Below, piece after piece: positions 13,430 to 25,854 of a DNA stretch of 64,000 nucleotides. How positions within the stretch are numbered: position 1 is the first letter of the stretch; each line of letters opens with the position of its first letter. The stretch is from the NCBI GenBank assembly GCA_964016885.1, contig OZ024741.1, forward strand, positions 63,426,001 to 63,490,000. The letters run 5' to 3'. Position numbers and translations under genes: made by a program. The notes beneath the pieces were generated by a model that searched no databases, had not been told where the DNA came from, and saw only the letters and a program-made list of their open reading frames with translations. This stretch comes from Eledone cirrhosa. Lineage: Eukaryota.

Positions 13430-13642
13430 AACGATCGACTTTCGTCAAATCGGACCGAGGAAACAATGTTTCCGTTGGTCTTTCCAATTGCTAATACTAT
13501 CTATCGGTCGCAACTCCAGGTAGAAGGAGCAACATGAAATAAAGTGTCTTGCTCAAGGACATAACGCATCGCCTGGTCCAGGAAACGAACTCACAACCTC
13601 ACGATTGCGAATCCAATTCTCTAACTACTCAGCCACACGCCT
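13430..13642 (-). mobile_element. tRNA-derived SINE (second family)
   Basis: Minus strand: ggcgtgtggctgagtagttag...gagttcgtttcctgg...tgtccttgagcaagacacttt. Confidence 0.7.
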
Positions 13643-14024
13643 TCACGAATGTATATTACATGTCAAAATATACCCTCTATAAATATATATATATATATTA
13701 ACCTCTTGTGTCTCGTTAGTGAAGTCGCTTTATTATTTACCGGTAATTTCCTACACAAACCAAACGAAAAATACAAGTACCAAGCATGGCCCAACATACT
13801 AATGTGTTTTAAAATACTGACAAATATATCAAATTTATTATTTCTAAATAGTTCCTCATAAATCACAGAAAACAAAAACTGACACCATTTATATATTTTG
13901 GAATATTTGACTTATAGGTATTTAATTTCATACACTAAATTTTAGCTTTAAACTATTGTATGATGAAGCAACGTTTGAGCGTTCAGTAGCAATATTAATA
14001 AAAGTAGAAGAGTGAACTGTAGAT

Positions 14025-14245
14025 TAAATAAAGGTTTCAAGTTCAGGCCCAAGGTCAGTAGTTCTGTGATCGGAAGGTAAAATTCGATTATGTAAGCACT
14101 TGACTGACACTATATTCAATCTTTTCCAAAGTGACGAAAGGTAGTATTTACATAGACGAAATTTGAACTCTGAACGTAGAATGCCATAACAAAATACTGC
14201 AATACATTTTATCGGGAGCGCTAACATTTCTGCCAATCCACTAAC
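14025..14245 (-). mobile_element. Diverged main-family SINE
   Basis: Minus strand: ggattggcagaaatgttag...gagttcaaatttcg. Confidence 0.6.
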
Positions 14246-17035
14246 CCACCACCCTTAAATGCAGTTTAAATAAACATTTCTAATTTAGGCACAGGACAAG
14301 GAACTCGTGGTTATTACCTATTACAGTATCGATGACGTCGTCACAGCTTTGTGGTGAGTGATTGTGTTTGGTATGGATGTACATCCTTTTCAGATTTAAG
14401 TTAGTAATACACTTTTCAAGGTTCATTGAACTTGAATAATATTGTCGAATTGTTCTTCATAATTCAGCTGCATCAGTACCCATGCCTAAAACTAGAACCG
14501 GACTGGCTCTATCATACAAAAGAACTGTAATTGTAGACAGCCAGAAAATATAAAAATATAGTAAACAAGTGTGAAGTATCTTTCATCATGAGCACGGTAA
14601 AACTTCTAACATCTTCGAAAACGTCTATAAGTGCACATACACTCGTTTACAACATAAGAAGAAATAAGCCGAACTCGTAAACATAACCTAGCAGTTGAAG
14701 CAGAGCAACATTAACTACAAAAATTCATGGTCCATCGTACGATCCGCCAATCCCTACCAAGGGAAACGTGGTAAATGCAGTCTTTGTTCAATTAATGCAC
14801 TGGAAAATAAAACCCAGAATGATTTAACAAACTACAGCCATAACTAGATTTTTAATTGCCCACACAAGTCACTAAAACATTTTAAGCGCAGTGTTTCCTA
14901 ATGAACAAAACTCTACAACCCATTTAAATAGACGACTCCCCTCTCTCTCTCTCTCTAAATCATATTTCCCGCAAACCAGACAACAGCAAACTCTCACCTC
15001 TCTTCATAGGAAAATACTAACTTATCTTGAATAAAATGCCATTAACCAATCCGACACAGATACACATGATGAGCTGGTTGATCTTATGAAGTCCCACACA
15101 GACAACATATCGCCCACGAACGGTTTGGACACAAACAATTTCCTCTTTATTAAATTTGAAGTAAACTTATCAAAATAAAATGTTTATAAGTCATTTACTA
15201 CTGCTGTTATAGATGGATACCCATATCCACTCCCTAGGAATATATCAAAATGAACGTACCACAGTCATTGGATTATTCTCAGATTTAGACCATCCCAACA
15301 ATTGTCAGCTTCCACTGATATTACATAATTGGTTATACCTGTAAAACATATCTCTCAACCACGCAGAAAATAATATCGTTTCCCTAAAGAGATATAACTA
15401 ATATATCCCTAACGTAATATAAAAACTCATTGCACACAACTCACACTTCATCGGCTAAACATTTATTGATGTATCGAAACACGAGTTAGAATTAATAATT
15501 ATTAATAAAGTAAACATTTAATATCAACATCTTTACTTCCGTGATTTTTCCACAATTTATGACCAACAATTTATTAACTCCACAAAATGCACATATAGGA
15601 CGAATTATACCAGACACCACACCATCGAAGGAACCCAGTGTTTGAGATAATCTTTCCTGTCAACTTGTGTTGAGTCACCTGTTAAGTCGCCTACCATTTT
15701 TTATTTGTGCATACACATTCACTCACCATTACAAATAATAATAACACTCTCACTGGCTACAATGACATGATCACAGCTGAAATCATACTCCTGTATGTTT
15801 ATTATAAATAAACATATCGTATATACTTTCATATATACCCCTATTATGAACCCCGCTATGATACTATTGCTGCTGCTAATTAGTCTTAGCCGCTTAAGTT
15901 TTCACAATTATCGACGGAATATCTCCTGATGTTTTATTTGTACTATATACAATTGCGCATATCTAGCCGATGTTTCATACGCAAAATATCATATAAACGT
16001 GTAAGTACTGAGTGAGTAAATGTCACTGTTGAGGTATAAAAATTGAGAAACAGTTAACTGGCATTTTCTGCGGCTACTGAGATAGATATGACATGATCAC
16101 TGCTTAAGAAATTCATAGCGAGACACTTTTACATTTACTGTGCATAAACAAATCGTATGCGTTTTCAAGTAAATCCCGATTAATAATAGCTGTGATTCGA
16201 TTTACTATAAATAAATTGAAGGGATACCGTACACAGATTTTATGATTTCAATTTCAATTTTAATTACCACAGGTAGTCAACTATATTATATCCTTCCTTT
16301 TTACGTGAATTCTATTTCGGTGTATCTCTGTCAATGCCTCTTATCGTGTTATTTCTATTCTATTCTATACAAGTGTTCATCGTGTTGGCTTTTTTTAAAA
16401 TATAACTTCACTATATTTATCTCGTTGCCCACCACATTTCATTTCACTTTCTATTTCCTATATTGTATCGATCTATTACGATAGATAATACCTCGTATTA
16501 AAGCCTATTTCTCCAACATCCAGTTCACACTCTCCGTCTCTTTCAATCGCATTTCCTATCTTTATTTCAGCCATCATCTTTATTTCCTTTATGATATATT
16601 TTCGCTCATGTTTTAAACATAATGTAGCTGACAACATTCAAATATTACGCTTAAATCAGCATTAATCAAAACTAGCAGAATATATGAAGAGTTTGCGATA
16701 TAAGCACGGAACAAATGAAGAGTTTGATAAATAAAAAAACAAACGATAGTGCACGCAAATGGTACAATTAAACGATGTCATATTTCAAAGGGTTATGAAT
16801 ATTTAGGGAAAAGTGTTATCTTCAAATAGATCCTTAAACTACGGATGGCAAGTACTTTTATTTTCAATGAAATTTGTAATTCACAACATCATCAGTTTCT
16901 TCAAAAATATTCATATAAACTGCTCGACATACTTTTTGCTAAAAAGGGTCTTTGGTTCAAATTAATATAGAATCATCGTATTGATTATACACATGTCCCC
17001 ACGCACACAATATATATAATATATATATATATATA

Positions 17036-17231
17036 TAACGAAGGAAATGGGGTTAGGAACCAGGTGGACCATAACGCACCAAAGTACTCAATACTTAGGG
17101 TAGTAGAGTGGGTAATAGGAACGAGTAGGACCCCGACGGCTGAGCTCAAGCCGTTTCGACGGCTAATTCTGGACCCAGAATTAGCCGTCGAAACGGCTTG
17201 AGCTCAGCCGTCGGGGTCCTACTCGTTCCTA
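17036..17231. mobile_element. Miniature inverted insertion of the 20462-25101 PLE pLTR end, in (TA)n
   Basis: 17036-17172 matches 20462-20601; 17176-17231 is its partial reverse complement. Confidence 0.9.
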
Positions 17232-17257
17232 TATATATATATATATATATATATATA

Positions 17258-17400
17258 CTGTATAAATAGCAATTTCTGTCTGTCTGTGTATATGTGTATA
17301 ACCAGTTGGCGCCTAGATCAGTGATCCGATCCTGATGAAACTTTACACACGTTTAGCTAATATTCAGAAACAGGACTGGCTAATTGGATTTTAATAATGG
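17258..17400 (+). mobile_element. Possible Helitron 5' portion
   Basis: tataaatagcaatttctgtctgtctgtg...ccgatcctgatgaaactttacacac resembles the 5' ends at 25146 and 53881. Confidence 0.4.
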
Positions 17401-17633
17401 AAACCCTGGGGACATTTTTACAATGCAGGGGGAAAGAGAAGACGTTTCAGTGAGAGAGGGAGAAGAGGAGATACCACTACTGTATGTTAAACCCTCCCTC
17501 CTACTACTTCCCTTCCTCCTCCAAAAACCCAGTCCTCCAAAACGAGGCAACAATTTATTAGAAATATACATAAAGAAATTTCAAATAAAGCAGACAACAA
17601 TCTAATTTTGGTTAACGACTGAACAGATGTCTC

Positions 17634-17688
<55 letters not shown>

Positions 17689-17753
17689 AAACGGAACCTG
17701 AACCGATAAGGTCTGGTTGCTGCGGTATATCACTATTTATAAAACAAATTTTG

Positions 17754-17812
17754 TATTTTATCTAAGAACGTACCAAAATTTTTGGTACGCTTGAAATATA
17801 TATAATAAAATA
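17754..17812 (+). ncRNA. Degenerate hammerhead motif
   Basis: tattttat CT-AAGA a cgtaccaaaa t ttttggtacg ctt GAAA tatatata ataaaata; one core base missing; downstream flank shared with 60690-60730 on the minus strand. Confidence 0.55.
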
Positions 17813-17944
17813 AATATGACCCCATAAATATAGTTTCCATTTATTAATATCATTGATTTTATACTGCAGGTCACTTGTTGAGTGCTTCGAATCTGTTATA
17901 AATAAATTGTTGAATTACCAACAAATTAAATATCTCATTGCTTA

Positions 17945-18303
17945 CATATACGTATATTTATGTGTAGACCTGTGCGTATGTATATGTATAGGTGTGTGTA
18001 TGTAGATATATATATATACGTGTGTGTGGGGGGGGTCCATGTGTACGTATATGCGTGAGTTTATATATGTGTGTGTATGCATGTACATGCGTGTAGATAT
18101 GTGGGTGTATCTGTATATATATATATATAGCTGTGTATGAGTATGTGTGTGTATGTGGGAGCGTATGTATGTGTGTGTGTGTGTATATATGTGTATGTGT
18201 GTCTATATATATATTTATATGTATATATATGTGTACATCTCACAGGAATGTGTACGGATGGATTATATATTCATTTTTATTATATATTATTTTATCATAT
18301 ATC

Positions 18304-18386
<83 letters not shown>

Positions 18387-19090
18387 TGTATACTATATTG
18401 TTATTTTATTGTATATTGTATATTTATTTTACGGTTTTGTTTATATATGTGTATATATGTATATATATGTGTATATATATGTATATGCATGCATATATGT
18501 ATAGGTGTATGTGTGTGTGTCTGTATGCGTGTGTATGTGTGTGTGTCTATGTACACACGCATATATATCCATGGTATGTGTATATGTCAGTGGGTGTGTT
18601 GTGTGGGGGTGCGTACGTACACCCACATAGCACAGGGTTTGTCTATATGTATATATGCGGGTACATGTACTTGTGTGTAGATATATGTACAGGTGTGTGT
18701 ATGTGTGTGTTTGTGTCTTTGGAAGTGTGTCTGTACTTGGTGCCTATCCATAAGGATATTCGTGTATGTGCGTGTGTGTATCTATGTATGTGTCTGAGAG
18801 TGTTTGTGTATATATGTGCAGATGTGCCCGAACGCCGATATGTGTCTTTGTATGCGTGTACGTGTGTGCGCGTGTGCGTGCGTGTGATACCGGATGTAAG
18901 GGGCTCTATAGGCATGTGGTGGTCTGTATGTGGGTGTGGGTGTACTTGGGTATGTGTAAGAGAGGGAGAACGTGTGTGTGTATATATGTGCATGGGGGTA
19001 TGTGTGTCTACACATGTGTGCGTACATATGTGTATGCATGCATGTGTGTGTGCCTGCGTGTGTGTATGTGTGTGTGTATATGTAGGTACA
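17945..19090. repeat. Degenerate (TG/TA)n low-complexity tract
   Basis: Purine-pyrimidine alternation; source of the spurious YI/CV-rich ORFs. Confidence 0.9.
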
Positions 19091-19315
19091 TACTCCGGAG
19101 TTGGAACAGACGTGTGAGATACCTAACCCAGCATGGCTCCATTGAAGTGTGTCGGACGGAAAATGGCTGATGACCAGTGTAGCAGTAAATAGTGACCAGA
19201 ATTTATGATGACGTAGAAAAACAACAGCCAGTGGCATGACAAGAGTGGAAGATGTTTTTTGAAGGTTTTGTTTGATAATAACACGCCAGTGAGAAAATTT
19301 GCTCCGAAAGAATTG

Positions 19316-19410
19316 CATGTGTCTGAAGGAACCTGCAGGCATAGAACCAGCCAGATCCATACAGTGATCATGTCTCGAGCTACCTGCCGGCGAAACAATT
19401 GTAACACGCA
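19316..19410 (+). ncRNA. Degenerate hammerhead motif
   Basis: gtgt CTGAAGG a acctgcagg...cctgccggc GAAA caattg ta acac. Confidence 0.45.
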
Positions 19411-19538
19411 ATAAACTGAGTCCAGATGCATCACTGATTTTTCGTTCTTTTATACTATTCACACTCTGCTCTGTAAGAATATTGAGTGCTAATTTTGGCA
19501 TACCGTCTATGGAAGCACCATAGCTACCATTATATAAC

Positions 19539-19593
<55 letters not shown>

Positions 19594-20417
19594 ATCCACT
19601 GATATGGATTCTGTATACGTGCTCACGATTAGATCACATTAAGATCAACTGCAGGAAGAGCTGATAAGTTACAAAAAAGTGTGATGATCAATGGCCTGGA
19701 AGTTGGCTTACCATGAGACTAGTCCGAAGAATAAAACCCAAATCGTATGTTGACGAATATTAGTATTCCCAGCATGTTAATTGTAACATGCCGTCTTTGA
19801 GAGTAGAGTTTCTTTTGTCGATATTTTGAGATGTCGGATCGTGGGCAGTTTAACACGAATTAAGATTTAATTTCTCCCCCATTATTGACACTTTGCAACA
19901 GTGAACGTTACAAGGCCGTCTTTAGGGCCAACACTTCTGATTGGTTATCCGACTAATTATGAAGTGTTTTCTCGGGTTATGTCTACTATAGGGGGGAACC
20001 GGGATGGTTTATTGAATTGCTTCAGTCATTCGAAGGGCTTTACAAACGGTGATATACAGGGTACTTGAACAGTACCTGAATATGTTCACTCGGTTATGAT
20101 TTCTTCAATAATTGTGATGACTTTCTCAATTGTTCTGTGTTTGTTCTTGAGCGCTAAGTTTTCTATTCTTATAGATAAGTTTGTTGAATAAGTTCGATAC
20201 TCTTCGAGTTCAAACTTCCCCGGTTTATTCACTCAGAATGAAGAACGTTGGATGGAAGAAGTACTTATGACTTAAACAGATATTGATAGTTCCACACAAA
20301 AAAATTGATCCGCCATAAATACACCTAGCAAAGGTTGCTATTGAAAACCCAGTATGGGCACCCAGGGTCGCTAGCATTTTCAGGCGCACTCTGGGAACTG
20401 CGAATAACGTCGCCTTT

Positions 20418-20445
20418 CCCGGGTATTACCGGGTACTGCAGCTAG
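20418..20445 (+). mobile_element. Helitron-type 3' terminus
   Basis: Hairpin cccgg-gtatta-ccggg, 8 nt, then CTAG|T. Confidence 0.6.
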
Positions 20446-20557
20446 TATATATATATATATATATAACGAAGGAAATGTGGTAAGGAACCAGGTGGACCAT
20501 AACGCACCAAAGTACTCAAGACTTGAGGTAGTAGAGTGGATAATAGGAACCAGTAAG

Positions 20558-20651
20558 ACCCCGACAGCTGAGCTCAAGCCGTTTCGACGGCTAATTCTGG
20601 ACTAAATGAAAATTTATCCTGGTATTTAAATAGCCGATCTTCTCAAGGGGT
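20558..20651 (-). ncRNA. Type I hammerhead ribozyme, U3-A8 variant, in the 3' pLTR (element sense)
   Basis: Reverse complement of 24995-25088. Confidence 0.8.
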
Positions 20652-21769
20652 AATTCCATATATGGTCAAAGTGATTGTCAAAAATCAGTAGTAATTCTGT
20701 TGTTGCAAATTAGTAGGGGAGATGGTGGCTAAACCTGCCAGTAGGAGAAAGAGGGGAGGGGGTGGAGTAGCCCCAATCAAGCGTTTGTAGTGCCAGCTAC
20801 AGCTGGGAATGAGGTCAAAGAAGATACAGGGGAGGGGGAGGGGGAGGAAGTCGGAACGGTAGGTAGAACAATGGGGGGTAGAAATATATAGGAAAGAAAA
20901 AATACTGAGAGTGAAGAAAAGCAAATAAGTGTAAAGAAAAACAAATGAGTGTAAAGAAAAAAGTAAAGTAAATTAAATTCTACGACCTAAGTCTCTAGCT
21001 ATTGTTAGTCTAGAATAAATAAATAAATAAAGAAAGAAAGAAGTAAAGAAAGAAATAAAGAAATAACGAAATAAGTAAAAGAACTAGGTGGGACGGATTA
21101 GGCGAGGACCCTTTTAAGAGGTATAAGTACGTAAATGATACGGTGACGGGTCAACAAAAGGGGCCAAAATACTAAAGAGACTACCACGAAATAAACAATA
21201 AAGGTTTCCATCCCGGGCACAATTCCAGCAAACACCCAGTGCAGCAAAGTGAACTAATACGAGATAATAATTCTGAGTCCCGAGAAAAATATATACTAAT
21301 GCTAACTCTAAAAGATCTAAAACAAGCTACATGAAAGTTCGTACGAAGTAAAGGTAGAATACGGAAGAATCCACCCGCCCAAAAGAAAAGCGAAGAAAGA
21401 AATACTGAAACGAAAAAATAAGGCATAAGTGCCACTAAGAAATATAGAGGGCACAGAGAATAGTGGGAGCGGTCGGAAAAAGGGGACAAGTATCCGGGGT
21501 CTAAACCAACTGCTATAAAGGGCGGAGTCCGCCAAATCTATCCTAGACTAGGGGAGGGGGTAGGGGTACTAAGGCTACAAGGGGCCAAAGGGCAGCCTCG
21601 TGTGGGCGAGAAAAGACGCCGACAAAGGAGAAGAGCTGGGGTAGAAGGACTAAGGAGAGAGGGGGGAAGGAAATAAAGGAAGCGATAAAAGAATACAAAG
21701 AAGATCTTACGTCTCCCTTGGCAAGCAGGGGTTACCCATTGCAAAATCGGCAAGTGGGGTGTTATAGTC

Positions 21770-23938
21770 CTAGTCTACCCCCCCCCCCCCCCCCGGGTCA
21801 TTATGGGGTTTGAGGGCGAGGTAAGTCCTACGCAATCTATGTTTACATGCAGTAACCAGTTCATCTTTCTTGTTTAGGAGTTGGTCCGTCGAAAACAGCA
21901 TTTGTAAAGTTTCCTCCGAGCATAAATTGCACGGACGGCGTCCTCCCGTGTAAGAATTGGCTCTGGACAGTAATCTCCAAGTGAGATCATAGGTGATGTT
22001 GTTGTCCTTGAGGTCCCATATGTGGCCCGAAAGTGTAGTGGCGTGACGCCGGGCCGGGTTTCGGAAGGTATGTCTATGTTGGTATAGCCGGGTCTTGAAG
22101 TCACATGCGGTAAGTCCTATATAGGCTTTGTTGGAGGTATCCGTCCTCATGTTGCACTGGTAGATCACATTACGGTCTCTGCATCTATTGTCGAGTGGGC
22201 AAATAGATCTATCCGGGCAGTTACACCTCCTGGTCGGTTCTCCACTGCTATTTAGGTTATTTCTGCCATCGGGGTTGAGTTTTTTGTTGTTAAAGGAGAC
22301 GATGTTTTGTGCGAAGTTTGGTGTAGTGCTGTAAGAGAGTTTGATGGTATTTTTGTTAATTATGTTGTGGTAGCGGTGTTGTAATGGGAAGTGTTTTTCA
22401 ATGAGCCTAAAGAATAGTTTCCCGATGGAAGTTGTCACCTCTGCGTTGTGGGGAGGATTGAACCATGTTACATTGCGTGAGCGGCGGTGTCTCCTGCTGG
22501 TTCCGCTAATGGGAGCTGGACAGTAGGATATTTCCTCCCGGAAACCACTCCGCTTGAGGGCCTGGTTGTAATAAGGCGCATGTTCATCGAATATCCGCTC
22601 ATTAGCTGACAAACGGGATATGCGGAGGGAGATGTTTTTGACCAGGTTGTTTGTGATGTTCCTAGGATGGTTTGATCGGCGGTGGATGTAGTGCAGATTG
22701 TCATTAGGTTTCCTGTATGGGTAGTACAGGTCGTTTTCGAGGTCGAGGGTCACGTCCAGGAAGTTTACTCTGGTCAGGGACGTTTGTATGGTTATTTTAA
22801 ATCCCCAGTCGCGGAAGAATCTGATTAATTGTTTCCGGACCCGATCTGTACTACTGGGGTTGTACCCTTTAAGGGTAAGGAGCCCATCATCACGGTACAA
22901 TCCACCACCGAATGCAGGAAACATATCAGTGAGTTTGGCTATTAGGAATAATCCTATAAGATCTGTGACCTCCGCCGAATCCGTGGCGCCCATGCTGACG
23001 TCGAAGGGTGAGTCGGGAGCTCTTTTTATCCATTTAGAGTCGTCAAAGAGTAAGACTGTCTTCCTAGCGTGGAGGATGATTTTTCTTTCCTGGTCGGTGA
23101 TGGGCACAAGTGTTTCGGCGAAGTCCAAGGCGGCAGTAAGTAGCGGTAAGGTGATTGAAGCATAGTAGCTCTCTATGTCGAACTGTATGAATTTAGTTTC
23201 TCGTTTATCCTCCATATTGCTGAACCAGGAGATTACTTCCTGGGTGTTGATCCATAGGCTAAGTCGGGTGTGTTGCTTGACTTTTGGTATCACGCGGTCT
23301 AGGATTTTTTTGCTGATTCTCCCTATGTCGGACTTCGTTGGGTTAATAAGCCTGATAGAGGGTTTACGGTCAAAATCGGATTTATGGTCCTTCAGTGTGA
23401 AGTATGGTGTCCGTGGGTCTAGAGGTTCCGTGCGGTCGGCGACCCCGAGGCTGGAGGTGATTTGTTGTCCATCTCGATTTATGTCCTCGATGCAAGAGTG
23501 GTTGGCCTTTTTATAGGTGGAGTTTAGGCTGCTCCTGATCAGTGTGTGGTATCTGTCAGGGTTGACAAAGTATAGGTTCCCAGTTTTATCCGAATGCACC
23601 ATGATGTCATTTGTGTTATCATACTCTGTTAGGTTGCTACGGAGTTTTTGTAGGAATCGGTTGTGTCTGGGTTTAAATTTAATGTTCTTGACCAGTTGGA
23701 AGAGGTCATTCTCGAAGGGTGCGAGCAAGGGGTTCAGGGGCGGAGATTTGTAGGTAATAAATCCGAATCTCTCCTTGGTGCCGAAGTCTTGGTTGTCGCA
23801 ATATCTGTCATAGAAAAAAGTTCTCCATCTAAGTCTTTTCGCAAATAGATCGATTTTTTGCGTGAGCATCCGAAGGTAAAGTTTTTTCGGTGGGATTGGG
23901 ATGTTCTTGGTAGAGAAGTCAATGTTGTGTTTTCGCAT
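21770..23938 (-). CDS. PLE reverse transcriptase plus GIY-YIG endonuclease (probably Nematis-like), ~722 aa from the first ATG; frame open to 24076
   Basis: SDKTG, TLKDHK, IRLINP, QFDIESYY, SMGA, LYRDDG, VNFLDV, WFNPP, CNC-x4-CP-x4-C, VIY..YIGLT, FKTR..H, CNLC. Confidence 0.93.
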   Translation of the reverse strand: MRKHNIDFSTKNIPIPPKKLYLRMLTQKIDLFAKRLRWRTFFYDRYCDNQDFGTKERFGFITYKSPPLNPLLAPFENDLFQLVKNIKFKPRHNRFLQKLRSNLTEYDNTNDIMVHSDKTGNLYFVNPDRYHTLIRSSLNSTYKKANHSCIEDINRDGQQITSSLGVADRTEPLDPRTPYFTLKDHKSDFDRKPSIRLINPTKSDIGRISKKILDRVIPKVKQHTRLSLWINTQEVISWFSNMEDKRETKFIQFDIESYYASITLPLLTAALDFAETLVPITDQERKIILHARKTVLLFDDSKWIKRAPDSPFDVSMGATDSAEVTDLIGLFLIAKLTDMFPAFGGGLYRDDGLLTLKGYNPSSTDRVRKQLIRFFRDWGFKITIQTSLTRVNFLDVTLDLENDLYYPYRKPNDNLHYIHRRSNHPRNITNNLVKNISLRISRLSANERIFDEHAPYYNQALKRSGFREEISYCPAPISGTSRRHRRSRNVTWFNPPHNAEVTTSIGKLFFRLIEKHFPLQHRYHNIINKNTIKLSYSTTPNFAQNIVSFNNKKLNPDGRNNLNSSGEPTRRCNCPDRSICPLDNRCRDRNVIYQCNMRTDTSNKAYIGLTACDFKTRLYQHRHTFRNPARRHATTLSGHIWDLKDNNITYDLTWRLLSRANSYTGGRRPCNLCSEETLQMLFSTDQLLNKKDELVTACKHRLRRTYLALKPHNDPGGGGGVD

Positions 23939-24994
23939 GGTGCGGGTGAAATGAATTGGGCTTAGCGGAAAAGTCTGGATACGGCGTGGTAGGGTCGGAA
24001 AGTGCTCTACTACGGGGGTAGGAGCTAGATAACGAAGGAAATGTGGTAAGGAACCAGGTGGACCATAACGCACCAAAGTACCCCTACCCCCTCCCCTAGT
24101 CTAGGATAGATTTGGCGGACTCCGCCCTTTATAGCAGTTGGTTTAGACCCCGGATACTTGTCCCCTTTTTCCGACCGCTCCCACTATTCTCTGTGCCCTC
24201 TATATTTCTTAGTGGCACTTATGCCTTATTTTTTCGTTTCAGTATTTCTTTCTTCGCTTTTCTTTTGGGCGGGTGGATTCTTCCGTATTCTACCTTTACT
24301 TCGTACGAACTTTCATGTAGCTTGTTTTAGATCTTTTAGAGTTAGCATTAGTATATATTTTTCTCGGGACTCAGAATTATTATCTCGTATTAGTTCACTT
24401 TGCTGCACTGGGTGGTTGCTGGAATTGTGCCCGGGATGGAAACCTTTATTGTTTATTTCGTGGTAGTCTCTTTAGTATTTTGGCCCCTTTTGTTGACCCG
24501 TCACCGTATCATTTACGTACTTATACCTCTTAAAAGGGTCCTCACCTTATCCGTCCCACCTAGTTCTTTTACTTGTTTCGTTATTTCTTAATTTCTTTTT
24601 TTACTTCTTTCTTTCTTTATTTATTTATTTATTCTAGACTAACAATAGCTAGAGACTTAGGTCGTAGAATTTAATTTACTTTACTTTTTTCTTTACACTC
24701 ATTTGTTTTTCTTTACACTTATTTGCTTTTCTTCACTCTCAGTATTTTTTCTTTCCTATATATTTCTACCCCCATTGTTCTACCTACCGTTCCGACTTCC
24801 TCCCCCTCCCCCTCCCCTGTATCTTCTTTGACCTCATGCCCAGCTGTAGCTGGCACTACAAACGCTTGATTGGGGCTACTCCACCCCCTCCCCTCTTTCT
24901 CCTACTGGCAGGTTTAGCCACCATCTCCCCTACTAATTTGCAACAACAGAATTACTACTGATTTTTGACAATCACTTTGACCATATATGGAATT

Positions 24995-25088
24995 ACCCCT
25001 TGAGAAGATCGGCTATTTAAATACCAGGATAAATTTTCATTTAGTCCAGAATTAGCCGTCGAAACGGCTTGAGCTCAGCTGTCGGGGT
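24995..25088 (+). ncRNA. Type I hammerhead ribozyme, U3-A8 variant, in the inverted pLTR
   Basis: acccc TTGAGAA ga(t)cggcta-loop-tagccgtc GAAA cggct tgagctc agctg TC ggggt; predicted GUC cleavage after 25083. Confidence 0.8.
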
Positions 25089-25098
25089 CTTACTGGTT

Positions 25099-25145
<47 letters not shown>

Positions 25146-25152
<7 letters not shown>

Positions 25153-25528
25153 CAAGTTGGTATGTGTGTGTGTGTGTGTGTCTGTCTGTGCACAAATACT
25201 AGGCTCCTTTTAACTTTTGAAGTACTATGCCGATTTCAACCAAATTTGGCACACGTATTGCTTATATGTCAGTATGTCAGAGCAGGTTTTGGACGATATT
25301 GGGGCCGAAAATCGATTTTGTGTGTATCTGTCTGTGTACAAATACTAGGTTCCTTTTAACTTTTGAAGTACTACGCCGATTTGGCACGTGCTATTGAGGC
25401 GACCTCTCATTGGCTAGCCAATTAGCTGACATAAGCTGACATGCACTCAGAAATTGCTAGCTAAGCCATAAACGACTTTAAACAATTCAGGCTGTCATTC
25501 ATTTCCCGAGCAACGCCGGCTACATCTG

Positions 25529-25532
<4 letters not shown>
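25146..25532 (+). mobile_element. Non-autonomous Helitron
   Basis: tatataaaagc 5' region, internal ~70-bp direct repeat, 3' cccgagcaacgccgg hairpin then CTAA|T. Confidence 0.65.
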
Positions 25533-25612
<80 letters not shown>

Positions 25613-25854
25613 CATATATATAGGTATACATACATACATACATATAGATACATACATATATATATAGAGATATACACACATATATATATATGCACACACA
25701 TTTAAATATATATACACACACACGCCCACATATATATAAATATATATATATATATATTTACGTAGAGCACGGAGCGTATATGCATAAACACACATGTACC
25801 GTGTCGTATTTTGACAATATTGTATAAGTTCAATGTACGAGAACAGAGCCGTTA

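Larger units (their letters stand above)
20462..25101 (-). mobile_element. Near full-length Penelope-like element with 3' pLTR and inverted 5' pLTR, inserted in (TA)n
   Basis: Intact ORF; 24077-25101 is the reverse complement of 20544-21570 with few substitutions; 24029-24081 directly repeats 20462-20514; TA repeats on both flanks. Confidence 0.95.

Noticed and set aside
16850-16900. Minus-strand CTGATGA...GAAA
   Set aside because: Stems I and III do not form convincingly
17332-17341. CTGATGAAAC as an HHR core
   Set aside because: No stem II between the core halves
18061-19170. Long ORFs rich in YI/CV/HT (also at 3699, 25461, 34000, 53540 and others)
   Set aside because: Translations of dinucleotide microsatellites, not genes
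21181-21535. Duplicated 102-aa and 72-aa ORFs (also at 24112-24466)
   Set aside because: By-products of the pLTR duplication; low complexity, no motifs
21770-24076. Naiad-type selenoprotein PLE
   Set aside because: EN is C-terminal and the ORF has no in-frame stop codons
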